NCBI RefSeq assembly: GCF_006345805.1 | Contig: NC_043005.1 | Coordinates: 67,704,001-67,768,000, forward strand | Direction: 5' to 3' | Length of the DNA: 64,000 nucleotides | DNA from: Octopus sinensis | Lineage: Eukaryota | In this document: positions 11,400 to 25,051 of the stretch, in pieces | How positions within the stretch are numbered: position 1 is the stretch's first letter | How the letters are laid out: each line of letters opens with the position of its first letter | Made by a program: the position numbers and the translations under genes | The notes under the pieces: generated by a model | What the model was told of the DNA's origin: nothing | Seen by the model: only the letters and a program-made list of their open reading frames with translations | Database searches by the model: none

Positions 11400-12520
11400 A
11401 TTAACAACCAACTCTTCCGGGGACACAGGGCTAAACATCAGATTGTGATGTTCCTGATTTTCTCGAAACTATAATGGAAGCAAGTGATATAAAGGTTATC
11501 TAAAATTAACCTAAAATTGGTAGTGAACTCCATTTGCTGAGAGTTTACCGTTACTGTGCAGAAGACTTTTACTACTTCTAAGAGTATACTGCCATGAAAG
11601 CTGAAAGGCAAAGTGCACCTTGATCTAAGGAAAATTAAACAGGAATGGTGGAATGACAGAGCAAAAGAGGTGCAAGAAACAGCTGATAGAAATGATGCCA
11701 AGGGTTTGTACTCTGATGTTAAGGAGGTATATGACCCCAAATCTTCTTCAACAGCTCCCGTGAATACAGCAGCTGGACATTTGCTTCTGACTGACACAGT
11801 TTCTATTATTCATAAGCGATGGGTAGAATATTTTTCTGTACGTTTGAATAGATCATCATCTGTTGACATGAGGATGATAGAAAAAATCGAACACCTTCCA
11901 GTTATAGAGAAGATGACATTTGAACCAACTCTAAATTACATTTATTTAGCTGTGAATAAGCTGAATAACAATAAGTCTCCAGGATATGATGGTATTTGCA
12001 CAGAACTCCTGAAATACAGTGACAAAATATTTGAACTCTTAAATATGTTAATTTGTCACTGTTGGATAACTGAAGAAATACCGAAAGACTGGATTGATGC
12101 CATTTTAGTCTCCTTGTATAAATCGTGACCAAAGGATCTGTGTGGTCATTTTCGTGGGATTTCGCTTTTGTCTGTGTTTGGAAAGGTACTTGCCGGCATT
12201 CTGTTAGAACGTTTAAATACCTTCACAGTTCCAGATATAGTGTCTGAGTCTCAATGTGATTTTCGCTCCTCCAGGGCACAGTTGATTGTATCTTTACTAT
12301 CAAACAATTGTAGAAAAAGTGTATTGAACAGAATCTTGCCTTATACCATTGCTTCCTTGATTTAAGCAAGGCATTCGATACTGGGAATTGAAATACTCTG
12401 TTGCTGATTCTAAGGAAAATAGGTTGCCAAGAAAAATTTGTAAACATGATCAAGGCTAGAGTTAATTTTGGTGATAGGCAGCAAGGAATGATTTTTAATC
12501 TGACCACATTGAAATTCAAA
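11400..12520 (+). mobile_element. RTE-clade LINE fragment (ORF2 linker plus RT N-terminal part), disrupted
   Basis: ORF 11613-12128 (WWNDRAKEVQETADRND..KRWVEYFS..KSPGYDGI..IPKDWIDAILVSLYK) continues after a stop into RGISLLSVFGKVLAGILLERL..ESQCDFR and LRKIGCQEKFVNMI, an RTE/BovB-like motif order. Confidence 0.85.
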
Positions 12521-13816
12521 ACGGAGCTAGAAATCTACTGGTACATAAATATGCTTGCGAGCTTAAACTTTATATTTGATTTAGAAACACATATATGGAG
12601 GTAGGGCGAGCTTTTATCTTCTTTGCTTTATGATGTAGCTGAGCAGATTTAGTTTTCAGTTTACACATACACATCAGTAGCTACCATGGCGGTTATATGA
12701 CTTTACTTTTGCAATGAAAATTCATTTTATCGTGGAGGTGCTTTCTCATCAGTAGTTTACGAAATGTATTTCGAAAGGGAGTGGCATGATACTTATTTCC
12801 TGAATGGAACTAAAGGTTCCGTTGTCAGTGTCAAAATTCAAAGCTATTCTCGATTATTTTGATGTACTACTGATTGTACACCGGTTCAGTATGCTTTTTC
12901 TTGGGGCGGGAGAGGGTCAGGCATTACCTATCCAAATAACACTGAGTTGAACTTCTACAGTTGCACCTCACTCAAGCTGTCTGTGTATATTTTATCGTTT
13001 TTCGGTTGTAGTTAAAGATTTGTCATCTTATGTTGCTCATACAGTTACAGTTGGCTTTAACAGAACTTTTGTTATAAATTTTGACAATCGTGTTGAAAGA
13101 AAATGTGCATATTAATTAATATAAAAGAAGCCCTTACGACATTAATGAGTATATGTTTAAAGCAAAGGTAGTGTTGGATCAGATATTTTCTTATTTTTAC
13201 GCTTGGCATGATTTATTATGAGTTGTTCTATATGTTTCAGACACTAGTTAAAGCAATGACTTTCTTGAGCTCTGCGGGGCAACATTATTGAACATACTCC
13301 TGTTTTATGAGAGCTCTCATGTCCATCAGCTAATTTTATATCTGTGTTTTTCGGGGGTGGGGGAACAGATACTTGGAGGTTCTATATACGTGTATTGCTT
13401 TTTTATTAAGTTTATGACAGTAGTTCGTGTGTCCACATCTAGGTTCTCAATCAAATTCTTTAAAAGAGGCACTTATCGCCCCTCCCACTGAGATTGTCAC
13501 TGTTATGTCCGTTCATATCATGTGATTCAACATGGCATTCTCTGTAAAGTCATATATCGGTGGCTCTTGTTTTTCAGTGTATGTAAGATTCAAAATCAAA
13601 TTTTTCAGTGAGTTTCAGTATCATTAAATGAATTTATCTACAATATCGTTAAAGTACTTTATAGTAGGATCCTGATGAGTTTCTAATGTGTTATGGTTCT
13701 TGAGTAGCTCATGTTTCCGTGTATAGAACGAAATATGTTCGCAAACTATTCCCTAATCCTTTTTTCTTAGTCTGATGAAATTTCAGATATATTTATTTGA
13801 TTTCTATCTACGTGAG

Positions 13817-14027
13817 TGGTGTGTGGACGCCTCCAGACAATGAAGTAGGCTAGCCCAATACGTAGATATAGAGGGAGAAACCTAGACGTCAAGATGAAAA
13901 CAGAGAGAGAGTAGAGTTGAGTAGCAGTAGAGTAGCGTTGAGTAGAAGGCATCCGAACGTGCGACATAAAAGTGACGACGAGGATTTCGTAGAACACATA
14001 ACCACTGTGTAGTATTGCGATATAACA
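13817..14027. mobile_element. Probable solo LTR
   Basis: TG...ATAACA termini flanked by 5-bp direct repeat GTGAG (13812-13816, 14028-14032); composition differs from the flanks. Confidence 0.5.
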
Positions 14028-14342
14028 GTGAGGCACCAAGTTATTATTTATGCTAAATATTGACTCCTACCAGCAACTCAATTACAATCATTTTCCACAA
14101 AAATATACATGTGATAGTATGTGATATTATGAAAACTCGAGCTGGAATGTTATTGTCAAGTTCCTTATAGTTGTATCCTTTCAAGGAAAATAAGATTTAT
14201 ACGTGAAAAGGAAAGTAGAAATAGCCTCAAAAGAGGAAAATATGTTGCTGCTCACAACGATCGTTTCGACCCACTCTGCATCAATTCCACGCAGGTAGGA
14301 CACTGTACACCTGGTAGAGGTGCATCCCTCGTCAGGAGGATA

Positions 14343-15137
14343 AGTAGGTAGGAAGGTAGGTAGGTAGGAAGGTAAGTAGGTAGGTAGGTAGGAAGGTAGG
14401 TAGGTAGAGAGGTAGGTAGGTAGATAGGTAGGTAGGCAGGTAGGTATGTAGATAGAAAGGTAGGTAAATATGTAGGTATGTATGTATGTAGGTAGGTAGG
14501 TAGGTAGCTAGCTAGCTAGGTAGTAGGTAGGTAAGTATGTAGGTAGGTAGCTAGGTAGTCGAAAGGTAAGTAGGTAGGTAGGTAGGTAGGTAGGTAATAG
14601 GTAGGTATGTAGGTTGGTAGGAAGCTAAGTAGGTAGGTAGGTATGTAGATAGTTAGGTAGGTAGGTAGGTAGGTAGGTAGGTAGGTAGGTAGATAGGTAG
14701 GATACGTAGGTAGGTAGGTAAGTAGGTAGGTAGGTAGGTAGGTAGGTAGGTAGGTAGGTAGGTAGGTAGGTAGGTAGGTAGGTAGGTAGGTAGGTAAGTA
14801 GATAGGTAGGCAGGTAGATAGGTATATATATATATATATAGGTAGGTAGTAGGTAGGCAGGTAAGTAGGTAGGAAGGTAGGTAGGTAGGTATGTAGATAG
14901 GCAGGTAGATAAGTAGGTAGGTAGGAAGGCAGGTAGGAAGGTATGTAGGTAGGTAGGTAGGTAGGTAGGTAGATAGGTAGGTAGGTAGGTAGGTAGGTAG
15001 GTAGGTAGGTAGGTAGGTAGGTAGGTAGGTAGGTAGGTAGGTAGGTAGGTAGGTAGGTAGGTAGGTAGGTAGGTAGTTTGGTAGGTAGGTAGGTAGGTAG
15101 GTAGGTAGGTAGGTAGGTAGGTAGGTAGGTAGGTAGG
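14343..15137. repeat. ~800-nt (AGGT)n tetranucleotide array
   Basis: Direct reading; source of the PTYL ORF 14516-15163. Confidence 0.95.
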
Positions 15138-15442
15138 TGCATATTATTTAATAACAATTTCACTCAAATTTATGCAACTTCAAGTTTGGTATGCTCGCAC
15201 AACGAACCTACCACATCAGGCATGTAGAGGTATATAGATCTCTATCTTAAGTTGACTGACAACTGAGGTTCCTTCTACGAACTTACAAAACTAAGGTGCA
15301 TGAATCTGAGTCAAAATGTTGTTAAATAAGATATGTAGATCCTACCAAATATATTAAGTGCCAGTTTCTTCTACTTGTCTACCCGTCCATATATAGTATA
15401 TATATACACACACTTATATTAAATATATATATGTATAATATC

Positions 15443-15705
15443 ACGCGGAGTAGGTGAAACAGAGACAACTGAAGAAGGGAAATATTCTTTATGTTGCATG
15501 TCTCGTTTCTCTGTTTTATTTCGTTGTTTCAAAAAAAGTTCGTTTTCTATGTTTTTTGTTTTTATGCTTTCGTTTCTTATTGTGTTCAACGTTTTTTCAT
15601 GTCCTGTAGCCATATATGCATGGATATACATACATATATGTACGTATGTACATATATGCATGTATATATGCATATATTTATACATTATTTATATTGTTTA
15701 TTATA
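15443..15705 (+). mobile_element. 5'-truncated copy of the permuted-hammerhead repeat family
   Basis: Begins ACGCG-GAGTAGGTGAAAC-AGAGACAA-CTGAAGA-A-GGGA and then follows 53580-53830 closely; lacks the cleavage-site strand. Confidence 0.8.
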
Positions 15706-15713
15706 TATATATA

Positions 15714-15765
<52 letters not shown>

Positions 15766-16325
15766 TATAATATTATAAGCATGATTATAATTATAATTAT
15801 AAGCATGCTTATAAATACAGAATTATAGAATTTTTGTATAAGGTTACCGATAAAGGCTCTTTTAACATACCGAACTACTTTGTAAAGTTATTAATTATCA
15901 ATTAATTAATTAATTAATTAATTAATTTTAGCCTTTATTATTATTGAATATATATATATATGTGGGGGGGTGTATGTATGTATGTACATATGTGTTAAAG
16001 TGTGTGTGAGTGTGCATGTGCGTGTTGATGTATACAAACGCATTTATGTATGGTCTTTTAAGTGATAATTCTTATTGTTCTTGAATATATAACTTCAAGT
16101 ATTATTTAGCTGAGTATAAACTCTATGTATAAATCCTCACCTGGAAAACGAAATCTTGCAATCCGCTGATGATATCTAACTGAAACATTTCTCATTGTTT
16201 ACAAGAATTAATGCTCTTAAGAATTACAAACAGACGTCATAATTACATTTTCTGCCACCCACCGAATCACCGTATAAATTTACAGCTCTGTATCTTCTTC
16301 GTTAGAAAAACACCCATGACAACTA

Positions 16326-17782
16326 CAGTTGCGGCCAAAATGTTCAGAACGAAATAGTTTTCGCCAGAAAAGTAGATATAAGTTTTTATCTAAGTTGTTT
16401 TATGATCTATAATTTTCACAGACAATAAATACAATGTTAATTGTTTATTGTCTGAGATTTTGGTGTAATTTGAGAGGATAATACAAAAGTTATGGGTGAT
16501 TTAGTGATGATTTACTGCAAAACCCATTAGGCCAAAATGATTAGAACGGTTGAAAAAATAACAAAATAATCAAAAATGACAGAGAATACTGGAATTATTT
16601 AATATTTAGTGTGAAGCCATTTAGCTTCAATCACACTTTGACATCTTCGACTGCATGAGGAAATTACATTTTCAATTTCTTGCTTGGTGATCTTATTCCA
16701 TTCTTCCTGAAGGGCATTCCATAATTTCTCAGTTGTTTTAGGATTTCTGGCTTTCGAACGTTCTCCTAGAATATTCCACACATTAACAATAGGATTGAGA
16801 TCTGGGCTTTGAGCAGGCCAATCCATAATAATAACCTTTTCAGCCTTGAGGAAGTTCATGACCACCTTAGCCTTGTGACATGGGGCATTGTCCTGCATGA
16901 ATATGGGTAGTCGCTTAGTTGAATTTCTCAGCACAGGCAAGACATGATCTTTTACAAGTTGTTTATAAACTCCTGCATTTACCTTTCCGTGTAATCGCAC
17001 CAAAGAGCCCACACCATCTCCAGATATCATCCCCCAAACCATGACACTTCCTCCACCGAATTTAACACTAGTCTTAAGGCATTTAGGCAACAATTTTTCA
17101 CCTACTTTTCAACGAGCCAAATAACATAAACTTAGATTCATCACTGAAATGCAACGTTTGCCAGTTTTCTTGAGACCACAAAACATGTTCGGTTGCAAAG
17201 GTAAGACGACACTTTTTATTTTTGGAGCTGATCAGTGGCTTCACTGCAGGTGATCTTGCTTGTAGATTATGTTCAACTAAACGATGAGACACAGTTTTTC
17301 GATAACGTTTTCTTCAGTACAATGCTCATTTCCCGAGAAACAGCAGCAGCAGTTTTAAATCTGTCCTTTTTAACCAACTTTACCATAGCAGGATCTTCCC
17401 TCTTGGTCGTTTTTCTTGGCCTACCTGTAGACTTTCTTGCTTCACACGAACCACCATCATCGAAGACCTTAAGAATACCGTGAACAACACTTTTTGACTT
17501 GTTAACAATCTTTGCAATGGACCCAATACTTAAGTTATCCTTCTTTCAAAGCTTAATAATCTGTTAACGAATTGGTAACGGAGTAAGTGGCATTATATTA
17601 ACAAAGTACACTGCAGATATTCTTACTAATGTTTAGTAAACGAACTAAGACGTAAACAAATTCAAAACATTAGAGTTCGCCGGTTAAATATACTAAAACA
17701 CGGGTGTAAAAGCAAACCGTTCTGATCATTTTGGCCGCCATGGGTTTTTGCAGTAAATCATGAATATCCATAACTTTGTACT
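16326..17782 (-). mobile_element. Tc1-family DNA transposon with IR/DR-type long terminal repeats; right end runs into the assembly gap
   Basis: TA|CAGTTGCGGCCAAAATGTTCAGAACG at 16324. The inner DR ggccaaaatgattagaacgg is near 16530, and 17716-17782 is the reverse complement of ~16481-16552. Confidence 0.9.
16599..17593 (-). pseudogene. Tc1 DD34E transposase, frameshifted, catalytic E replaced by V
   Basis: GRPRKTT, HFSDESKF, SVKFGGGSVMVWG, MQDNAPCH and SPDLNPI(V)NVW, with 34 residues between the second D and the E position; split over several frames with stops. Confidence 0.9.
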
Positions 17783-17882
17783 NNNNNNNNNNNNNNNNNN
17801 NNNNNNNNNNNNNNNNNNNNNNNNNNNNNNNNNNNNNNNNNNNNNNNNNNNNNNNNNNNNNNNNNNNNNNNNNNNNNNNNNN
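17783..17882. other. Assembly gap (100 N)
   Basis: Direct reading. Confidence 1.
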
Positions 17883-18019
17883 TATATATTTAAGCAACAT
17901 ATTTCGGTGAACATCTTTATTCGGTCTTCAATGACGTTTGGCATATTTCTCGTTATCGCCAACCACATAATCCCCTCCTGTAGTCGTCGCCGTCGTCAGC
18001 TTCTTTGCTAATTATTCCC

Positions 18020-18281
18020 ATTGTCGTCATCATCTCCATTTTCGTCATCACTTTCTTCATCATAAACCTCTCTGTCGTCATCATTATCACCTTTGTCGCC
18101 ATCACCTTCCTCCTCACAAAATTGCAGCTGCCACCTTCATCATCAACATTATCAGCAACAGCATCCTTATCGTTAATTCTGTCATCATCATCATCATCCT
18201 CATCATCATCATTATGATCATCATTATCATCCTCATCATCATCATCATCTCATCATCATCATCATCCACCTCCTCCTCCTC

Positions 18282-18316
<35 letters not shown>

Positions 18317-18318
18317 AT
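18020..18318. repeat. Degenerate (ATC)n/(TCA)n trinucleotide tract
   Basis: Direct reading. Confidence 0.85.
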
Positions 18319-18856
18319 TTATTTTTGTTGTCTAAAATATTTTCACCTGTAACATCAACATATCATCAGTATTTTCACATTATGGTTGATTCAACCAGTA
18401 ATATATTTAATAATAATCAACAGAATTTAGAAAAATTAATAGTTTCCTTTTATGACTAAAATGGTCGGAATGCAGATGGTAATTTCTTTGTAGGGAAAAT
18501 CAAAAACGTACGCTCATTTTCCTGTTACAGCCCACATATAACTCATCGAGCATGCACCACACATTGATGAACACAAATCAAAAACAGGAAAAAATCTGAG
18601 CTAATGAATAGCTTCTATGTAGTCCAAAGGCTTTCAAGGTTTAGAAACCTTAAAATCTTCATGATATCTGAACATATTAGCTACAATAGCTAGTGGTACG
18701 TTATTCCTAAAGGTGATTTTGGAGAAACTTCTTCTTGATCACGATCTATTTTATTCTGAGCAATGACACTGCATCTGCTATCCATACTCTCTACTCATAC
18801 ACAAGTGTTTCTCTCTCAATACTAAGTTTGAGAATCTCTGATTATCGTCCATGATA

Positions 18857-19277
18857 TACTCTTTTACTCTTTTATTTGTTTCAGTCATTTGACTGCGGTC
18901 ATGCTGGAGCACCACCGCCTTTTGTTGAGCAAATCGACCCCAGGACTTATTCTTTGTAAGCCTAGTACTTATTCTATCGGTCTCTTTTGCCGAACTGCTA
19001 AGTTATAAGGACGTAAACACACCAGCATCGGTTGTCAAGCGATGTTGGGGGGACAAACACAGACACACAAACACACAAACACACACATACACACATATAC
19101 ATATACATATATACGATGGGCTTCTTTCAGTTTCAGTCTACCAAATCCACTCACAAGGATTTGGTCGGCCCGTGGCTATAGTAGAAGACATTTGCCCAAA
19201 GTGCCATGCAGTGAGACTGAACCCGGAACCATGTGGATCGCAAGCAAGCTACTTACCACACAGCCACTCCTGCGCCT
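18857..19277 (-). mobile_element. Full-length SINE (family of 7113)
   Basis: Head ggcgcaggagtggctgtgtggtaag..ccgggttcagtc and (aagagta) tail repeats on the minus strand. Confidence 0.9.
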
Positions 19278-20826
19278 ATACACATTTGTAACATGGCAGA
19301 TATTAAATCTTAAAAGTAAATTTCTCTTGCAAATATTCTGATCATGTTTATCTCTTGTTCGAAAATGACTTCCTCCTTCTTCCCACTCGATTTGGAAGCG
19401 TTTAAAAAGAAAAACAAATGCTTGTGAACGATGAACTTACTCCCTAAATAAGTAGTGTAAATACTCTTCAAGCTGTCAAGTAATAAATTTGAATTTTAAA
19501 AACTGATAGTTATTCAATAAATCTCGAGTATGCTCCGCATAGTTGTGAGTTTTCAAAACATATTACCAGAATTATAGGGTCACTCGAGTTGGAATATTTA
19601 GCTCCAAATATCCCTTAAATCCCTTAAAAACCATTTTAGAAAGAGAGAATAGAATTAATAATGTAGTCTAAGTTACATCATCTGAAAATAGAAGTGATGG
19701 TCACCGCTTGAATATATTTTATCAAATGTTTGCTCAACTAGAGTTGGCCTTCGAACTAAACAACAAAAATTAAGTTTTAACTGCAATTTTCATCTTTCTA
19801 ACTCAAGCCACCCTTATCTAAACCTTTATGACACACCCAATTCTTGTCCTTCTAATTGCGTTAGAACTCCTTCACCAGACCAGACGCTGAACTTTGACCT
19901 TCATTTTTATTACCAATGCTGCTTCTTGACCAGATTTATATTTTCTCAAATACCAGTCTGTGGATATTCAATATGAGTCACAGTCAAATCGATATTATTC
20001 TCAGTTGTTTGGAAGGACTTGCAAAGAACCTGCTTTTCATCTTAACACCAACTGGTGAAAATACCACTTCTCTTCCTGTATATTGTTAATGCACTTGAAA
20101 AGAAGTTATTGACATAAATGGGATGATGATGATGATGATGATGTTAATATCTTCTCTCAGTAGGTATAATTCTTCATTGCTAGACGGTACAGTTTTGTAA
20201 AAGATGTAATAATCATGAAAGGGTAAGAGGACAACCTAAAATTGGATCCCCGTTGAAAATTAATACCATTTAAATCAAGCTTCACACTTCCTGCAGAAAA
20301 ATGTCTTTACGAAAACTACAAGTGTAAGATATCTTCTAAAAAAAATAACTATTGAGTCTCATCAACGTAAAGAGAATAGGTATTTTCTCTTAAAATAAAT
20401 CACATTATGCTGAAGAGGAAGTGGACTCATAGATGTATAATCAAATGTATAATTACTTAACATGAAAATCTATCACCAAACCAGAAATGATAACTCAAGA
20501 TGCCAAATACTTAATTAACTAATTGAACCATATCCATTAGTATGACATTTTGATGTTTTCAATAAAAAATGTGATCATATTTCATTATTTATGTTACTAA
20601 GTTGTTTATATTTATATTATATTATGTTTATGCTATAAGCGAACTGGATTCGTCTCACCACGAACCTATCTCGACATGCCACACAACGATGATTCATATG
20701 TAGTCTTAACATTTAAGAGTAGCAGAAACGTTCGGAGTGCGACTATAAGCCATACGTTGTTTAATTACTAAAAATGCCTTAAGCTAAATGCGGTTGGATG
20801 TAACTATGAGTTATTTCCTTCTCAGA

Positions 20827-21092
20827 TACTCTCTCTTTACTATTTTACTCTTTTACTTGTTTCAGTAATTTGACTGCAGCTATGTTGGAGCACCGCCTTT
20901 AGTCGAGCAAATCGACCCCAGGACTTATTCTTTGTAAGCCTAGTACTCATTCTATCGGTCTCTTTTGCCGAACCGCTTTGTTACGGGGACGTAAACACAC
21001 CACCATCGGTTGTCAAGCGATGTTGGGGGACAAACAAAGACACCACAACACACACACACACACACACACACACACCACACACATATATATAT

Positions 21093-21149
<57 letters not shown>

Positions 21150-21313
21150 TACGATGGGCTTCTTTCAGTTACCGTCTACCAAATCCACTCACACGTTTTG
21201 GTCAACCCGAGGCAATAGTAGAAGACACTTGCCCAAAGTGCCACGCAGTGGGATTGAACCCGGAACCATGTGGTTGGTAAGCAAGCTACTTACCACACAG
21301 CGACTCCTGCGCC
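20827..21313 (-). mobile_element. Full-length SINE (family of 7113) with expanded CA/TA centre
   Basis: Colinear with 18857-19277. Confidence 0.9.
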
Positions 21314-23634
21314 AACAAAAAAATAAAAGTATGTGTAAATAGAGAAATTATTAGTTCTAAATCTCCGAACGAGAAAGTGTGTGTGAAGTTTACAAAAGCC
21401 ATGTTGTCAATTAGACACATGTATGACCACGTTGTGAGGAATTGCACTTCACAATCATTTGCTTCCAAGTTCGATACCATCAAAAAGCACCTTGGTCAAA
21501 CGTTTTCTTCTATAACTTCTGATTGATCAATACTTTGTCTTTGGAAATCAGTAAACGCAATCTACGGAATCCCGTTGTAAACATATGTCAATGTTGCGTG
21601 TTTATATCTTTCGCTGTATATTAGCAGAGGATGTAAAAACACTGTTCATAATTAGTACAACATAATAATTAATTAGAAATCATGAAGGAGATAGATCATC
21701 TACTGAACTTCAATATACATACCATTGAAAATAGATTTAAAACCAAAGATATGAATCGCATAGCTTCTTGTCTTCTCTTTTTTCTTTTTTGTTTTTTACC
21801 ACCAGATCGAAAGGATAAGTATATCTCACAGAACAAGTTCAAAGACTTTCAAAATATAGAAGTCAACTTTTTGTTATCCAAGTGACAAACTAAAGCAGAA
21901 TTATGACTCCAAGATTAATTAATATATATGCTTTAAGTATATGTTCATACTTTAGGTATATATTTATTGCGCCTTAAATATAATGTTTCAAACGCATGAA
22001 TATATATCCATATACAGAATTATTTTGTTACATTGCTCATGTAATATGACAGATTATGCAATTGTGATTATTCCTCATTTCTGTTCAGAAATAGCGTGCT
22101 CTGGACTACATTATCAACTGTATCATCTAAAACGGAAGGGAATGGTTACAGTGAAATTTAGCTGTCATTTCTAACATTGAACGACAACGTAACGGCTTTT
22201 TTGTTTGGCTCACGTATGAATATACAGTGAGGCACAATTTTCTACATTAATATAGTAAAATAATTGACTGTTTTTTGTTTTTTTTATTAATTAGGCTTTA
22301 TTTTCTGAAGCAAGAATGCTATAGATGATTGAAGGAGTCCATCCCTGTATAATACTTCTATTTATTGTATTTTTATAATTAGCAGAACTGACCAAGATCA
22401 ATTATATAACTCACTAAAGCGAGTATGAAGTATTCGTGTTCTATTTCTATTCATTCAATCAGACATGCCAGCAACATTCCAAGAGACTAGAAAAATATAA
22501 TAATTTCCACTCTACATTCATCTCCATCTCTTCCAGTAACTCTTACTTGTTCTTCTATTTGTCGATTTTTATTCCTTTGCTGAATGAATTCTATTGACTA
22601 TATTTTCTTCTATTGAAAGATCATCAAACAATACAACGAAACTGATTCAATGCTAGTTATTTTTGTCTTTGTTTATATTTTCGTATTTTTGTTTATGATG
22701 TTGCCATCGCGAATACAATATTATTATTCTAACAATATACAGGATGACTTCGTTTGGGAATTTCTCACATGAAGACAATGGTTTTGCAATCGTAAAATGA
22801 TGGCTGAGCAACATATTGTCCAATAAAAAATATACTTTTATATTCATACACTTATACACTACCAGTGTATGTGCGTGTTTATGCATGTATGCATATGCAA
22901 AATAGTAATCGAGAGTGAAGACACTATTTTAATTGCATTTATCGATTGAGCATGTAGAGAGATTAGTCATATAAAGCGATCGAGAGAATCATCTTTCGAC
23001 TGAAGACAATTTAGACCAGTGTACTCAAAATTCTTTACGATCATTCCAAAGAGTTGATGCTCAAGCCCGATTTCTAACTGCTTCTTTCTGCTACGGAAAC
23101 AATAATAACATAGACTAAGCTAATAATAGAAACTATATTCAATTAATATCTTAATAAACATAACTCTGTAACATAAAGGTTGATTAAATCTATTTCAAAT
23201 TCATAATATTTCGAATTCAGTTTTAACACCAATGAATTTCATACTACTAAGAAAATTCTATCTTTGGTACATTAGTCGTTTACAGATTTTACTCTGTTAC
23301 TCTTGTACGAGATTTGAACATTTTTCATATCTGGTCCTAATCTACAATCAGCTAGGAATATATATATATATATATATACAATACGATCTTTAAGTCGACT
23401 TTGACATACTATCTGGTTATTAGTGTACTTAGTAAATAATGCACGCACACTGAACGCTTATCTCCTGGTTATCTGGGAAGATTAGAGAACGTTTTAAGTC
23501 TTCTGTTATTTTATTTTTTCGTTTTTCATAAAAACAAAATGACGACAGTGTTCGAATGAGAGGCTTTGATATATTTCAAAATATAATTTTCTATACTATA
23601 GACTATTGCTTTTCATTCATATTAACCACTTTCT

Positions 23635-23707
23635 ATATATGTGAATGTGTGTGTGTGTGCGTGTATGTGCTTGCTCGCATGTATATATATATATACATGT
23701 ATGTATG

Positions 23708-23753
<46 letters not shown>

Positions 23754-23900
23754 TGTATGTATGTATGTATGTATGTATGTATGTATATATGTATGTATAT
23801 ATATGAGTATGCGTGTATACATATATATATATATTTTGGTAAAAATACATTTATATATATGTGTCTGTATGTGTATATATATATATATTTGTGTGTGTGC

Positions 23901-23933
<33 letters not shown>

Positions 23934-24000
23934 ATATACAGGTAAACATACAGTTTTGTGTGTGTGTGTGTGTGTGTGGTGTGTGGTGTGTGTGTGTGTT
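23635..24000. repeat. Compound TG/TA/GTAT microsatellite
   Basis: Direct reading. Confidence 0.9.
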
Positions 24001-24273
24001 TATGTTCAGGTATAATAAAAGCAATTTTACAATGATCAGATGGGTTACTCTGTTCTTTTGCAGAGTAAAAATTAATTATTTTTAAACAAGAATATTATTA
24101 ATAGTGGCTTGGAAGTTTCGGACAGCCAAGCCATCGTCGAACTACGATGCATTAAAGTTCATTTTGGCTTTAAATAGTTTCCTTTAAGGTAAGATCTTCC
24201 TTGGGTGTGTGGTTTGGAGTGGAGTGATAATTATATTGTTGGATGGGTTGTGGTAGAGGAGTGTTATAAAAAA

Positions 24274-24318
<45 letters not shown>

Positions 24319-24812
24319 GTGGTGGTGAAGTCTAGCGTGCGGTTGAGTTAATTGTATTCTGAATGAGTTCGGCTGAGGAGCTACAAATAAAGGTATATTA
24401 TGTGAGTAAAATTACATAATCTATTAATTTATTAATAGCGAAACAATTGTCCCGAATTAATTTGAATTCTTGTTATGTTTATTTGCCCTGTCTGCGCCAG
24501 TAGTTGTGCTAATATTCATCGGAAACATTTTTTATGTGGCTGAAGCCCTATGGATCTATTTTTAGTGCTAGAGTAGACCACATAGTGGTCGCTCTCTTAT
24601 ATTTATGTATAAATGTATGAAAATCCGGATTTTATATGCACTAAGCCACCCGGTGTTAAATGGATCTACTATTAAATTAGTATACAAATTTCTCACCCTC
24701 ATTGGTTGATATATATATATATATATATATATATAATAAATATTAGGGAATAAATCCAAATTTACAGGGAAAAATCAGATTTAGGATTAAATCCAATTTT
24801 ATAGTAAAATAT

Positions 24813-25051
24813 TATATATATTAATTAGAGACAAAACCACTATTTTGCAAAACAAACAAGGAAAGACTTAATCAATACATAAAATTTTAATAAAAAGTAA
24901 AAAAAAGTAAAAAAAAGTTTTAAAAAAGTTTTAAAAAGTTTTTTAAAAAAAGTAAAAAAAAAGTAAAAAATAAAAAGTAAAAAATGAAAAATGTTATGTA
25001 TTGATTAAGTCTTTCCTTGTTTGTTTTGCAAAATAGTGGTTTTGTCTCTAA

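Noticed and set aside
10150-11400. Pyrimidine-skewed segment suggesting a decayed minus-strand retroelement ORF
   Set aside because: No diagnostic motif could be read.
13668-13745. CUGAUGAG ... AGAAC-GAAA-UAUGUUC
   Set aside because: Stem II is possible but there is no stem I partner after any NUH.
14250-14340. Minus-strand CUGACGA ... GGGUC-GAAAC-GAUC-GUU hammerhead-like pieces
   Set aside because: The hairpin after the core closes about 29 nt before GAAAC and stem I does not pair; at best a rearranged relic.
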